Positions 1-9,202 of a stretch of DNA of 52,300 nucleotides are shown in pieces; the stretch's first letter is position 1; each line of letters begins with the position of its first letter. A model generated the notes under the pieces. It saw nothing but the letters and a program-made list of their open reading frames with translations, had not been told where the DNA came from and did not search any database. A program made the position numbers and the translations under genes. The stretch comes from Terrimicrobiaceae bacterium. GTDB taxonomy: Bacteria; Verrucomicrobiota; Verrucomicrobiia; Chthoniobacterales; Terrimicrobiaceae. The stretch covers positions 1-52,300 of the forward strand of contig JBGSVZ010000029.1 in assembly GCA_041752695.1 (NCBI GenBank), written 5' to 3'.

Positions 1-1809
1 CCCTCGGCGGCGACGCCCAGGGCTGTTCCCAAGCCAGTGACGGGCCAATCCGTTTCTGCCGTCGCGCAGGTTTTGGGGCGCTCCGCGGCAATCCCCTCCA
101 CACCGACCGCCAAGCCGAAGGCCGCCACGCCGAAAGTCGCCGCCGCCCGCGTTGCCGTAGCGCCGGGATCCGAAATGGAAATGGCACCGGACGAACTCGT
201 CGGCACCACCATTGGCGACTATTTGATCGAGGCGAAGATCGGCGAGGGCTCGCAAGGCGGCATCTACCGGGCGATGCAGGCCAAAATGCGCCGCCAAGTG
301 CGTTTTTATACGCTTGACCGCGTCCGCGCTCATGATCCTTCCGAAATCCAGCGGTTTATTGCGAACGCCAGCATGAAGGCCAACGTTGCCCACCCTTCCA
401 TCTTCGCGGTCTATGAAGCCGGCGAGAGCCAGGGCGTTTATTATTATTCGTGCGAATATGTTCCCTGCCGCTCGCTGCGCCAATTGACCGAAGCCGGCCA
501 GAAGCTCGACGAGAATACCGCCCTTCAGACCATGAAAGTGGCCTCGGAGGTTCTCGGGTATTTCGCCCAGCAAAACGTCACCCACAATCTCATCTCCGAG
601 AACGCCATCCTCATCGGACCGCACGACCGGCCGCGCATCGCCAACATTGCCGTCTACGAAGCGCGCGAAGCCTTCGACATGCCGGGCGAAATGGCCCGCC
701 TTGGCGCGGTGATTGCCGCCGTCCTGCCGGAAGACTCCGAAGCGCTCGGTGTTCGCGAACTGGCTGTCCATCTCGCCATCGGCCAGCAAACTTTTCCGAA
801 CTGGCCCGCCCTCACTCAGGCGGTCACAGCCCTGGAACCCAAGATCGCCCCGCAGGATGCCTACAAACTCGACGCACAGGAACGCGCCGCCGTCCGCATG
901 GTTGAGGAAGCCAAGAAACGCCAAAAGCGCAGCATGATCATCAGTTCGCTGGTTTCCCTCACTCTCCTGGCCGTCGCCCTCACCACCGTCTGGTATTTTG
1001 TCTTCCGCCAAAAAGGTGCTGCCGTTCGGAGCTTTGACTCCATGAGGGAAATCCCCGCCGGGAGTTTCATTTATCAGGACGGACAAAAGGTCGACCTGCC
1101 CAAGTTCTGGATCGACCAGTACGAGGTCACCATCGCCCAGTACGCGCAGTTTCTCGAATACCTCAAAGCTCATCCCGAAGAGGCGGCGAAATTCGATCAT
1201 CCAAACCAGCCGAAAGGCAAATCCCACGTCCCCCGCGAATGGGAGGATATGGATATCACCCCGCCCATGCCGGGCTACTACAACCGGGCGAAAAAGTGGG
1301 GCGCCTACCGGAATTCGGCCCTCGACGTCAACAGCCCCGTCTTCAACGTGGACTGGTACGACGCCTACGCCTACGCGAAATGGAAAGGTCATCGCCTGCC
1401 GACCGAACAGGAATGGGAAAAGGCCGCCCGCGGCACCGAGGGATGGAAATACCCCTGGGGCGACGAAGCTGACGACAAGAAAGCCAATACCGGAATCGAC
1501 TACATCATTGAGCCGAAAAAGGGGGGCGACACGGACGGCTGGGATGCCTGGTCCCCTGTGGATGCCGTCAAGGCGGACAAAAGTCCTTTCGGGGTGATCG
1601 GCATGGCAGGCAACGTCTCGGAATGGACCGCCGACTTTGACACGGACGAGCGTTCGACCTCGGATAAAGTCCCGGTGATTCGCGGAGGGAATTGGAAGAC
1701 GCCTAAAGACTATTCAGTGACGCGGCGCGTGCGGAAATTAGCCGATCTGGAAATCAACGAAGCACTCGGCTTCCGCACGGTTTCCGACACCGCTCCCTCC
1801 AAAAAATAA
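1..1809 (+). CDS. Membrane protein, 5'-truncated by the window: Ser/Thr kinase-like (pseudokinase) domain, TM helix and C-terminal FGE-sulfatase (SUMF1/C-type-lectin fold) domain
   Basis: Frame is open from base 1. Kinase-like 'IGDYLIEAKIGEGSQGGIYRA...HPSIFAVYEAG'; TM 'IISSLVSLTLLAVALTTVWYFVF'; FGE motifs 'YEVTIAQY', 'RLPTEQEWEKAARG', 'MAGNVSEW', 'RGGNW...GFR'. Confidence 0.85.
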   Translation, partial: PSAATPRAVPKPVTGQSVSAVAQVLGRSAAIPSTPTAKPKAATPKVAAARVAVAPGSEMEMAPDELVGTTIGDYLIEAKIGEGSQGGIYRAMQAKMRRQVRFYTLDRVRAHDPSEIQRFIANASMKANVAHPSIFAVYEAGESQGVYYYSCEYVPCRSLRQLTEAGQKLDENTALQTMKVASEVLGYFAQQNVTHNLISENAILIGPHDRPRIANIAVYEAREAFDMPGEMARLGAVIAAVLPEDSEALGVRELAVHLAIGQQTFPNWPALTQAVTALEPKIAPQDAYKLDAQERAAVRMVEEAKKRQKRSMIISSLVSLTLLAVALTTVWYFVFRQKGAAVRSFDSMREIPAGSFIYQDGQKVDLPKFWIDQYEVTIAQYAQFLEYLKAHPEEAAKFDHPNQPKGKSHVPREWEDMDITPPMPGYYNRAKKWGAYRNSALDVNSPVFNVDWYDAYAYAKWKGHRLPTEQEWEKAARGTEGWKYPWGDEADDKKANTGIDYIIEPKKGGDTDGWDAWSPVDAVKADKSPFGVIGMAGNVSEWTADFDTDERSTSDKVPVIRGGNWKTPKDYSVTRRVRKLADLEINEALGFRTVSDTAPSKK

Positions 1810-2735
1810 TGCTGTCCCGCACGCTTGCCGTCGTCGCGGCGCTAATTGTTCTCTGGACCGCCACCGCCAGCGCCCAAGTGCAGGTGGACATCAAATTCCG
1901 GCGCACGCTGTACATGATGTACGAGCCGCTGATCTGCACGGTCACGATCAAAAACATGAGTGGTCGCACCCTCGACCTGGCCGACACACCTCGCGACAAA
2001 TGGTTTGGTTTTCAAATCCAAAGTACCGACGGGCGTCCGGTCCCGCCGATGAACACGGATTACCAGAACGAACCCATGCAGATCGAAGCCGGGAAAACGC
2101 TCTCCCGGGCCGTCAACCTCACCCCGCTATTTCCGTTCGAGTTCGGTACCTATCGTGTCCAGGCCACAGTATTTTCCGCGCAGCTGGGGAAATATTTTTC
2201 CTCGCCGCAGCTCAACGTCGAAATCACCGAGGGCCGAAAAATCTACGAAGAAACGGTGGGAGTCCCGTCAGGAGCTGGCTCAGGGGCCTCGCGGACGTTC
2301 ACCCTCCTCGTTCATCGCCTGCCCTCCAGCACAGTCCTCTACCTCCGGGTGCGCGACCCCGATGCGGGACGGATTTTTTGCACCACCCCCCTGGGTCGAT
2401 TCGTCACCTATGGCTCCCCGGATGTGATGTTTGATCCCGCCAACAATATCCACATTCTCCAGAACGCCGCGCCAAAGATCTTTCTCCACTCGCAAGTGGA
2501 CATCAATGGCAAGGTCACCAAACAACAGGCCATTCAGGTGGACAAAACCAAACCCTACCTCGCACGCAAGGAAGGGGGAGCCATAGTCGCTGTCGGGGGT
2601 ACGCCCTTCGATCCGAACGCCACCCCTCCTGAGCAAAAGCTGCCCAAGTTGAACGACCGCCCGGTGCCCCTGCCCACCCCGCAAGTCCAGGCAACGCCGG
2701 AAGACAAAAAGCCCGAAAACCTCCTCTCGCAGTAG
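1809..2735 (+). CDS. Exported hypothetical protein with Pro-rich C-terminus
   Basis: Signal peptide 'MLSRTLAVVAALIVLWTATASA'; start overlaps the upstream stop (TAATG). Confidence 0.8.
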   Translation: MLSRTLAVVAALIVLWTATASAQVQVDIKFRRTLYMMYEPLICTVTIKNMSGRTLDLADTPRDKWFGFQIQSTDGRPVPPMNTDYQNEPMQIEAGKTLSRAVNLTPLFPFEFGTYRVQATVFSAQLGKYFSSPQLNVEITEGRKIYEETVGVPSGAGSGASRTFTLLVHRLPSSTVLYLRVRDPDAGRIFCTTPLGRFVTYGSPDVMFDPANNIHILQNAAPKIFLHSQVDINGKVTKQQAIQVDKTKPYLARKEGGAIVAVGGTPFDPNATPPEQKLPKLNDRPVPLPTPQVQATPEDKKPENLLSQ

Positions 2736-2832
2736 GCGGCAAATACCAGCCGCCCGCCCGCGCGCGAACAAACACCGTGCGCTTGCCCCAAGAATTCCTG
2801 TCCTCCCCAGAGTCAACTCGCCTTCTGGCAAA

Positions 2833-2864
2833 ACATTATTTGTCCCACCTGGGACATTATTTGT
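2833..2864. promoter_or_regulatory. Candidate operator: direct repeat ACATTATTTGT x2 flanking palindrome TGTCCCA-cc-TGGGACA
   Basis: ACATTATTTGT at 2833-2843 and 2854-2864; inverted repeat at 2841-2856; AT-rich patch ~85 bp upstream of the uxaE-like gene. Confidence 0.5.
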
Positions 2865-2948
2865 AACAACCCGTCGGAGACCGCGCGCGTCTGAAATTCT
2901 CGCAATCCCCGTCTTTTCATTTTCGGTCGTTCCCGATTGGATTGGAGA

Positions 2949-4769
2949 GTGAGCCAAGTAAACGAATTTCTCCTGAAGAACTCCCTCCGCCTGAACGACA
3001 ACCCTTGCGTCAGCGCGGACTTCTGCCTCGACTGGCCTGCCCTTTCCGAAAAGATCCTGCGCCAGGCCAGCCTCACCGAGCATCCGCTGAGCCTGTTTCC
3101 GGTCGCCGGCGGCCGCGTTCGGCTTGTTAGTGACGAAACCGGGGACTGCGCCTGGATCTTCGAAGGCACCAGCGCGCCGGATCTGGAGGAGGGTATTGCC
3201 CTCGCTGAGGGCCGCGCTGCTTTTCCCGCGACCTACGCCAACCTGCTCCGGCTAAAAAACCTCGCCCAGGAGGCGGACCCTGAGAGCACCGTTTTTCCGA
3301 CCGCCACCGGTTCGCTCCCCCGCCAAAGCCTCGGGATCGGGTCCCGTTTCACCACCCTGCACTGGCCCGGCGTGGCATGGGCAATGCGGGAACTTGGCCT
3401 GAGCCTCACGGCGTGCCAGAACAGCATCCCCCGCGAGCTGGTTTATGACACCGACGAGATGATCGCCGGCCGCCTCGGCAAGATCCCCTTCCCTTTCATC
3501 GGCTGTGATGTGCCGGAGGGCCATCAGGGCCAGAGCGTCCAGGGTCTGGCCCATGGCGCGATTTTGACCTATCTCAAATCGGGCTTCCACCAGTGCCGCC
3601 TGTCTTGGGGATTCAACGCCGATCACCAGCCGATTGGCGGTTCGTTTGATTCCCGGGAAGACAAGCTGGTGGAAGGCAGTCTCTTCGCCAGTTACATCAC
3701 CTTCGACCTTTCGCCCGAACTCACCTGCACCAAAGTTCCCGAGTCGCCGGAAGCCCGCTCCGCCTGGGTGCGGCAGGAAGTCCCCGCCTCCACCCTGCAA
3801 GCCTTGCGGGAAAACCTCGCCCCGCTCGGCGTGGCGATTTCGGACAACGACCTTGCTTCCCTGCTCTGCACCGTCTGGCCGGCCCTGCTTAAGATGAAGC
3901 GGCGGGACGAAAAATACCGCACCGCCCGCGACCGGGCTTTCACCACCGACATTGGACGGTCCTACGTGCGCGAATTAAGCGTGGATGAACTCCCCGGGCT
4001 CACCACCCCGGAAACGCTCGCCACCCTTCTCGTGCTCTGCCGGGAAATGAGCATGCCCGTGCAATTTGTCGCTCCGGCCTTTGGCTTCCAGAAAAACCTG
4101 CCCTACCCGGACAATGCCGCTCTCCAGACCATGGTGGAGCGGGCCTGGAAAATCTGCGAAACCCTCGGCGTCAGCATCGGTTTTCATTCCGGATCGGGAA
4201 AATCCGCGGAAAACTACCGCGTCCTTGGTGCCGTGACCGGAGGCCGTCTCGAGATTAAAACCAGCGGCCGCTACACCTATGAAATGGGCCGTGCGCTGGC
4301 GGCGTCGACCGACCCGGGGGATCAGGCGCTCTGGCAGGACTGGCACGCTTTCACCCGCGAACTCGCTGTGAATGGCGCCTTCAGCGAGGACACCACCGAA
4401 CGCACGATGGCCCGCGGCTTTATCCGGCAAACCCTGGAACTCTCCGGCGACGAAATTTTCACCTCGCTGCAATCCTGCCGCGCCGCCCTGGAGGCCCGTC
4501 CCGCTTCCCCGGAGGATGTTTTTTGGTTCGAGTACAACTTCCTCTTCGTGCTCGCCGCGGATGGCCGCGCGGACAAAGCTTCGCTAGGTGACCACAGTGC
4601 AGCCGGTTACCGTCAGCGTGCGCGGTTTTATAAGGTGAGCACACAAGCGCGCGGGCTCTTCGCCCGGCGGGTGGCGGACTATATCATTTTTCTCGCGGAG
4701 ACCACCGGGCTCACATCGGAAGCGAAGGCCACCCAGGCCCGCAAGGCTCTGGAGGCCGCCGTCTTCTAG
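2949..4769 (+). CDS. Tagaturonate/fructuronate epimerase (UxaE) family protein, divergent
   Basis: Motifs 'SLGIGSRF', 'QNSIPREL', 'GFNADH', 'ELSVDE', 'FHSGSGK', 'IKTSG' resemble UxaE; GTG start at 2949 chosen (TTG 2937 is an alternative). Confidence 0.7.
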   Translation: MSQVNEFLLKNSLRLNDNPCVSADFCLDWPALSEKILRQASLTEHPLSLFPVAGGRVRLVSDETGDCAWIFEGTSAPDLEEGIALAEGRAAFPATYANLLRLKNLAQEADPESTVFPTATGSLPRQSLGIGSRFTTLHWPGVAWAMRELGLSLTACQNSIPRELVYDTDEMIAGRLGKIPFPFIGCDVPEGHQGQSVQGLAHGAILTYLKSGFHQCRLSWGFNADHQPIGGSFDSREDKLVEGSLFASYITFDLSPELTCTKVPESPEARSAWVRQEVPASTLQALRENLAPLGVAISDNDLASLLCTVWPALLKMKRRDEKYRTARDRAFTTDIGRSYVRELSVDELPGLTTPETLATLLVLCREMSMPVQFVAPAFGFQKNLPYPDNAALQTMVERAWKICETLGVSIGFHSGSGKSAENYRVLGAVTGGRLEIKTSGRYTYEMGRALAASTDPGDQALWQDWHAFTRELAVNGAFSEDTTERTMARGFIRQTLELSGDEIFTSLQSCRAALEARPASPEDVFWFEYNFLFVLAADGRADKASLGDHSAAGYRQRARFYKVSTQARGLFARRVADYIIFLAETTGLTSEAKATQARKALEAAVF

Positions 4770-4823
4770 CGGCCGCAGCCAAAGCAGCCCGCGTGCTCGC
4801 GCCGATTTTGTCGGAGGCATGTT

Positions 4824-4931
4824 ACAGAAGGAAACGAAGAGAACGAAGGCACTCAACCAAGGAATGAACCAGAACCTTCGCCCTGTTTAGGCGAAAGCCG
4901 TCCTGCCTTTGTTCCCTTCGTTTCCTTCAGT
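4824..4931. repeat. Long imperfect inverted repeat (REP/MITE-like element)
   Basis: ACAGAAGGAAACGAAGAGAACGAAGGCA (4824-4851) pairs with TGCCTTTGTTCCCTTCGTTTCCTTCAGT (4904-4931); inner hairpin TTCGCC...GGCGAA. Confidence 0.7.
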
Positions 4932-5018
4932 TAAATTCCATTTTCGTTTTCAGGGTAAACCCGCCCCTCCCAAAAACCATCCTTGCCGTGCGGCGGTTTA
5001 GGCCGTGAAGTCCTCCTC

Positions 5019-5870
5019 ATGCACCGCCTCCGCATCATCCACGAAACGGAATACGTCTATCACGAGCCGGTTTCCTTTGGTCAGCACACCGCGATGATCC
5101 GGCCTCGCGAAGGCCATGATCTGCACATCGACACCGCCCGGCTGGAGATTGAACCCAAGGCAACCTTTCGCTGGAAACGCGACATCTACGGCAATTCTCT
5201 CACCCTGATCGATTTCGAGGAGCCCGCGAAAAAGCTGCGGGTCTTCAGCGATTGCGAAGTCTCCATCTACGACGACGAACCGCGCGAAGGGACCATTGCG
5301 CCGCACGCGCGTTCGTTTCCCTTCCAATACAACGCCAACGAGCAAATGGAGATCATTCCCTACCGCGTGCCAAGCTTCCCGCACGACAGTTGGGCGGTGC
5401 TGAACTGGCTCGCTCCGATCTACAAAGCGGGCGAACTCATCCCCACGCTGGATCTGTTGAAAAAGATCAACTCCCGCATCTTCGAAACGTTCACCTATTC
5501 CCGCCGCGAAGAAGCCGGCGTGCAGCTTCCCGCCCGCACCATCGAACTGGGTTCCGGATCCTGCCGCGATTATGCGGTTTTCATGATGGAAGCCGCCCGC
5601 CACCTCGGTCTCGCGGCGCGTTTCGTCACCGGCTACATCCTGATGGGAGAAGGCCAGCACGGCGCGACCCATGCCTGGACCGAAATTTACATCCCGGGCG
5701 CCGGCTGGCGCGGTTTTGATCCCACCAACAACAAACTCGACGGCTTCGAGCATGTCTCCGTCGGCGTCGCCCGCGAACACGACAAAGCCAGCCCGCTCTC
5801 CGGCAGTTGGTCCGGCCCGTCCAACGCCTTCAGCCACATGAACGTTTCCGTGCAAGTGTTCTCGTTGTAG
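5019..5870 (+). CDS. Transglutaminase-like family protein
   Basis: N-terminal 'LRIIHETEYVY' domain; Cys-His-Asp triad motifs 'GSCRDYA', 'HAWTE', 'GFDPTN'. Confidence 0.9.
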   Translation: MHRLRIIHETEYVYHEPVSFGQHTAMIRPREGHDLHIDTARLEIEPKATFRWKRDIYGNSLTLIDFEEPAKKLRVFSDCEVSIYDDEPREGTIAPHARSFPFQYNANEQMEIIPYRVPSFPHDSWAVLNWLAPIYKAGELIPTLDLLKKINSRIFETFTYSRREEAGVQLPARTIELGSGSCRDYAVFMMEAARHLGLAARFVTGYILMGEGQHGATHAWTEIYIPGAGWRGFDPTNNKLDGFEHVSVGVAREHDKASPLSGSWSGPSNAFSHMNVSVQVFSL

Positions 5871-5911
5871 AAGCGTTGGGACGGGTGGTTTCCAGCCCCT
5901 CGCGCAGACTT

Positions 5912-6871
5912 CTAGAGTCCCACTGCAGCGCGCACGCGCGACATCACACCGTTAGCAATCGTATTCGCTTTTTCGGCACCCTCGCGCAGGACGTTGGCCA
6001 CGGTGGCGGGGTCAGCGAGGATCTCGGCGCGGCGAGCGCGCATGGGGGCGAAATATTCCCAGACGCCGGCAAAGAGGCGTTTTTTGAAGTCGCCGTAGCC
6101 GAATCCGCCGGCGCGGAAGTCCGTCTCCATTTGGGCGTAGTCGGCGGGGGAGGCAACGAGTTTGTAAAGGCCGAGGATGGTGGAGTTTTCGGTGGGTTTC
6201 GGTTCCTCCACGGGGGTGGAGTCGGTTTTGAGGCCCATGATTTTTTTGCGCATGGCCTTCTCCTCTTCAAACATGCCGATGGTGTTGTGGTAGCTCTTGC
6301 TCATCTTCTCCCCATCGAGGCCGGGGACGACGGCGGTGGCCTCCTGGATGCTGGGTTCGGGCACGCGCAGGGTTTCGCCATAGGCTTCGTTAAACTTGAT
6401 GACGAGGTCCCGGGTGATCTCGATGTGTTGTTTTTGGTCCTTGCCGACGGGAACAAGCTGGCTGTCGTAGATGAGGATGTCGGCCGCCATGAGGACGGGG
6501 TAGGCAAAGAGGCCATGGGAGGGGGCAATGCCCTTGGCCATCTTGTCTTTGTAGGAGTGGGCACGCTCGAGGAAACCCATGGGGGTGAGGGTGCTGAGGA
6601 TCCAGGCGAGTTCGGTGACGGCCGGAACGTGGGACTGGCGGAAGAAGCAGGCTTTCTCCGGATCGAGGCCGCAGGCGAGAAAATCAATGGCGACGTCGTG
6701 GATATTGGCAGCGAGGGCCTTGGCATCGTGAACGGTGGTGAGGGCGTGGAGGTCCGCGATGAAGTAGAGAGCTTCGCCGCGGTCCTGCAATTCGATCGCC
6801 GGCTTCATCATGCCGAAGTAGTTGCCGAGGTGAAGGGTGCCGGAGGGCTGGATGCCGGAAAGGATACGCAT
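5912..6871 (-). CDS. trpS: Tryptophan--tRNA ligase
   Basis: 'ILSGIQPSGTLHLGNY' (HIGH-like), 'YPVLMAADIL', 'VPVGKDQKQH', KMSKS. Confidence 0.97.
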   Translation of the reverse strand: MRILSGIQPSGTLHLGNYFGMMKPAIELQDRGEALYFIADLHALTTVHDAKALAANIHDVAIDFLACGLDPEKACFFRQSHVPAVTELAWILSTLTPMGFLERAHSYKDKMAKGIAPSHGLFAYPVLMAADILIYDSQLVPVGKDQKQHIEITRDLVIKFNEAYGETLRVPEPSIQEATAVVPGLDGEKMSKSYHNTIGMFEEEKAMRKKIMGLKTDSTPVEEPKPTENSTILGLYKLVASPADYAQMETDFRAGGFGYGDFKKRLFAGVWEYFAPMRARRAEILADPATVANVLREGAEKANTIANGVMSRVRAAVGL

Positions 6872-7139
6872 GGGAAAAGAGAGAGCCGAAAAACAACCAC
6901 GCCCCGGCGGGTTTTGCGATGGTTTTTTCGGTGCAGCAGCCACGCTTGTTGGCGTTCACACCGCCGTGTGCGCAGCAGGGGTAACTCCCTAGCGCCCGGG
7001 AGCAGCCAGTGGTCAACATGCCGCCTGACGTTGAGGTGTCAGAAATTGCGTTTTATATTTCATTCTCGAAAATTTGGGGCGCGTGATCATTCTGACCTCG
7101 GTTCTAACGATCGCGCTCGAATAACACACCGCAAAGACC

Positions 7140-7667
7140 ATGGATCAAGCTGTCGAAACGATTCTGCGCACCTCGGCCGAACGCGGCCTGCCGCGCATGC
7201 TCATCGGGGGCAATGCGGTGATCATGCTCGGTTACCTGCGTACGACGGCCGACCTTGATCTGATGGTTCCCGCTTCCACCCGTTCACGCTGGCTCGATCT
7301 TCTCCGCGACTTGGGTTGGAGGTTTTTCCATGGCACCGGGGCATTCGCTCAATTCGAAGCGCCGGAAAAAGGCGGAACTCCCGTGGATCTCATGTTCGTG
7401 GACACCGCGACATGGGACAAACTCCTGGCCGATTCCCGGGAAGTGGATGTGGCTGGGCAGTCCGTGCGGCTGCCAAAACCGGAGTTTCTGGTCGCGCTGA
7501 AGCTCCACGCGGCAGCCAGCCCGACCCGGAGCAAACCCGAGGGTGATTGGGAGGACATCCGCCAGATAATCAGGATCTGCGGCCTCGACCCTGCCGAACC
7601 GGCTTTTCGGGAGATTATTTTGCGCTACGGTGGGGAAGCTGCCATGGCTCGTATCGAAGCTTTTTAA
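7140..7667 (+). CDS. Nucleotidyltransferase, DUF6036/AbiEii/MenT-like; putative toxin
   Basis: 'LIGGNAV...RTTADLDL' pol-beta NTase motif; 'LVALKLHA...R..D..DI' C-terminal motif. Confidence 0.75.
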   Translation: MDQAVETILRTSAERGLPRMLIGGNAVIMLGYLRTTADLDLMVPASTRSRWLDLLRDLGWRFFHGTGAFAQFEAPEKGGTPVDLMFVDTATWDKLLADSREVDVAGQSVRLPKPEFLVALKLHAAASPTRSKPEGDWEDIRQIIRICGLDPAEPAFREIILRYGGEAAMARIEAF

Positions 7668-7670
7668 AAA

Positions 7671-7859
7671 ATGTCTGATTCCGCCCCATTGCCGGACTTT
7701 CCGGTTTTTGACCGTCCGATGATCGAGCACTGGCCATTGGAAACATCGTGGGCAGAGGCGGTGAAACAATTGGCTCCCTTTCGCGATTATTATATGGCGC
7801 ATTACGACTCGGCGGATCAGCGACTCGCGGACAAAAACCCCGAGCCATTCGTTCTCTGA
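7671..7859 (+). CDS. Small hypothetical protein (62 aa), putative partner/antitoxin
   Basis: Starts 3 bp after the NTase stop; fills the gap to the convergent yraN; protein-like composition. Confidence 0.6.
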   Translation: MSDSAPLPDFPVFDRPMIEHWPLETSWAEAVKQLAPFRDYYMAHYDSADQRLADKNPEPFVL

Positions 7860-7875
7860 CAGCCCGCTCAAGCGC

Positions 7876-8298
7876 TCAGTAGCTGTAGTTCCGCGGCAGT
7901 TGGAAGGCGTTTTCGAGGTGACGGATTTCGGGAGGTTCGGTCATGACGACTTCCACCACGTCGAAGCGGAAGGTGATGTCGGGCATGTCGAGCATCTTGA
8001 GCCAGGTCATGGCCCCCCGCAGGATGAGGCGGCGCTTTTTGCGGTCCACGGCGGCAAAGGGTCGGCCGAAGTCCTCACTGGTGCGGGTTTTGACTTCGAT
8101 GAAAACGAGTTCATTGTGGGGTTTATCGCGGCAGACGATGTCCACTTCGCCACCGTGCGGGGCGCGGAAGTTGCGGTAGAGAACCTTGTGGCCGTGAGCC
8201 CGGAGGTAGTCGGCGGCCAGTTTTTCGCCGAGGCGTCCGAGCACGATGTGAGGAGCTTCGGGCGGATGATGGGGGAAGATTTTTCTAAGCCAATTCAC
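7876..8298 (-). CDS. yraN: YraN family (UPF0102) endonuclease-like protein
   Basis: 'LGRLGEKLAADYL...RNFR...GEVDIV...FIEVKTR...RFDVV'. Confidence 0.92.
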   Translation of the reverse strand: MNWLRKIFPHHPPEAPHIVLGRLGEKLAADYLRAHGHKVLYRNFRAPHGGEVDIVCRDKPHNELVFIEVKTRTSEDFGRPFAAVDRKKRRLILRGAMTWLKMLDMPDITFRFDVVEVVMTEPPEIRHLENAFQLPRNYSY

Positions 8299-9154
8299 AG
8301 GCGAGGCGGATGGCCGCGATCATGCTGTCAGGCCGCGCGAGGCCCTGCCCTGCGATGGCGAAGGCGGTGCCGTGGTCGGGACTGGTGCGGGGAAAAGGCA
8401 AACCAAGGGTGACGTTCACGCCCTCGTCGAAGGCGTGGAGTTTCAGCGGGATGAGGCCCTGGTCATGGTACATGCAGAGCACGCCATCGAATTCTCCGGC
8501 CACGGCACGGTGGAAGACGGTGTCGGGAGGCAGGGGTGGGCTGAAATCGGCGAATGGCCTCCAGATGCTTTCGAGCATGGTGACGGCGGGGGCGATGATG
8601 TCGATTTCCTCGCGTCCGAGATCGCCCTGTTCGCCCGCGTGAGGGTTTAGGCCGGCCACGGCGAGGCGCGGGCGGGTGATCCCGCGCCTGCGGAGAAATT
8701 CCACCAGGAGGCCGCCCACGCGCACAATCTCCGAGCCGGTGAGGAGACCGGGCACATCGCGCAGCGGGACGTGGGCGGTGACCAAGGCGACGGTGAGTCG
8801 ACCGCCGGTGAGGCACATGGCGAAGTTGTCCGTGTCGGTGCGCTGGGCGAAGTATTCGGTCTGGCCGGGAAACGAAAAACCCACGTCATGCATAGCCTTC
8901 TTGGAAACGGGCCCAGTGACCACCGCGGCGATTTCTCCCGACGTGGCGAGTTCAATCGATTTTTCCAGCGCCTCGAAGGCGTGCCGGGCGGATTCGCGGG
9001 AGGGCGCGCCGGGCGGAAATCCTTCTGTGCCGCCGATCAGGCGGTAATCAAACGCGTCCGGCAACCGGCCGGAGGAAAGCGCAGCGCAAATCACCTCGTG
9101 ACCGATACCGGCCGGATCGCCGCAGGTGATGCCGATGGTGGGTTTGCTATCCAC
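8285..9154 (-). CDS. pdxA: 4-hydroxythreonine-4-phosphate dehydrogenase
   Basis: 'GDPAGIG', 'GLNPHAGE', 'MYHDQGL', 'RTSPDHGTAF'. Confidence 0.95.
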   Translation of the reverse strand: MDSKPTIGITCGDPAGIGHEVICAALSSGRLPDAFDYRLIGGTEGFPPGAPSRESARHAFEALEKSIELATSGEIAAVVTGPVSKKAMHDVGFSFPGQTEYFAQRTDTDNFAMCLTGGRLTVALVTAHVPLRDVPGLLTGSEIVRVGGLLVEFLRRRGITRPRLAVAGLNPHAGEQGDLGREEIDIIAPAVTMLESIWRPFADFSPPLPPDTVFHRAVAGEFDGVLCMYHDQGLIPLKLHAFDEGVNVTLGLPFPRTSPDHGTAFAIAGQGLARPDSMIAAIRLACELA

Positions 9155-9202
9155 AAAAGAGAGAATTGGGTTAAGAGGCCCCGCAACCCTCCGGGGTCCC
9201 GC

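Noticed and set aside
6872..7139. Possible T-box or other ncRNA upstream of trpS
   Set aside because: No T-box consensus or recognisable RNA motif; probably divergent promoters
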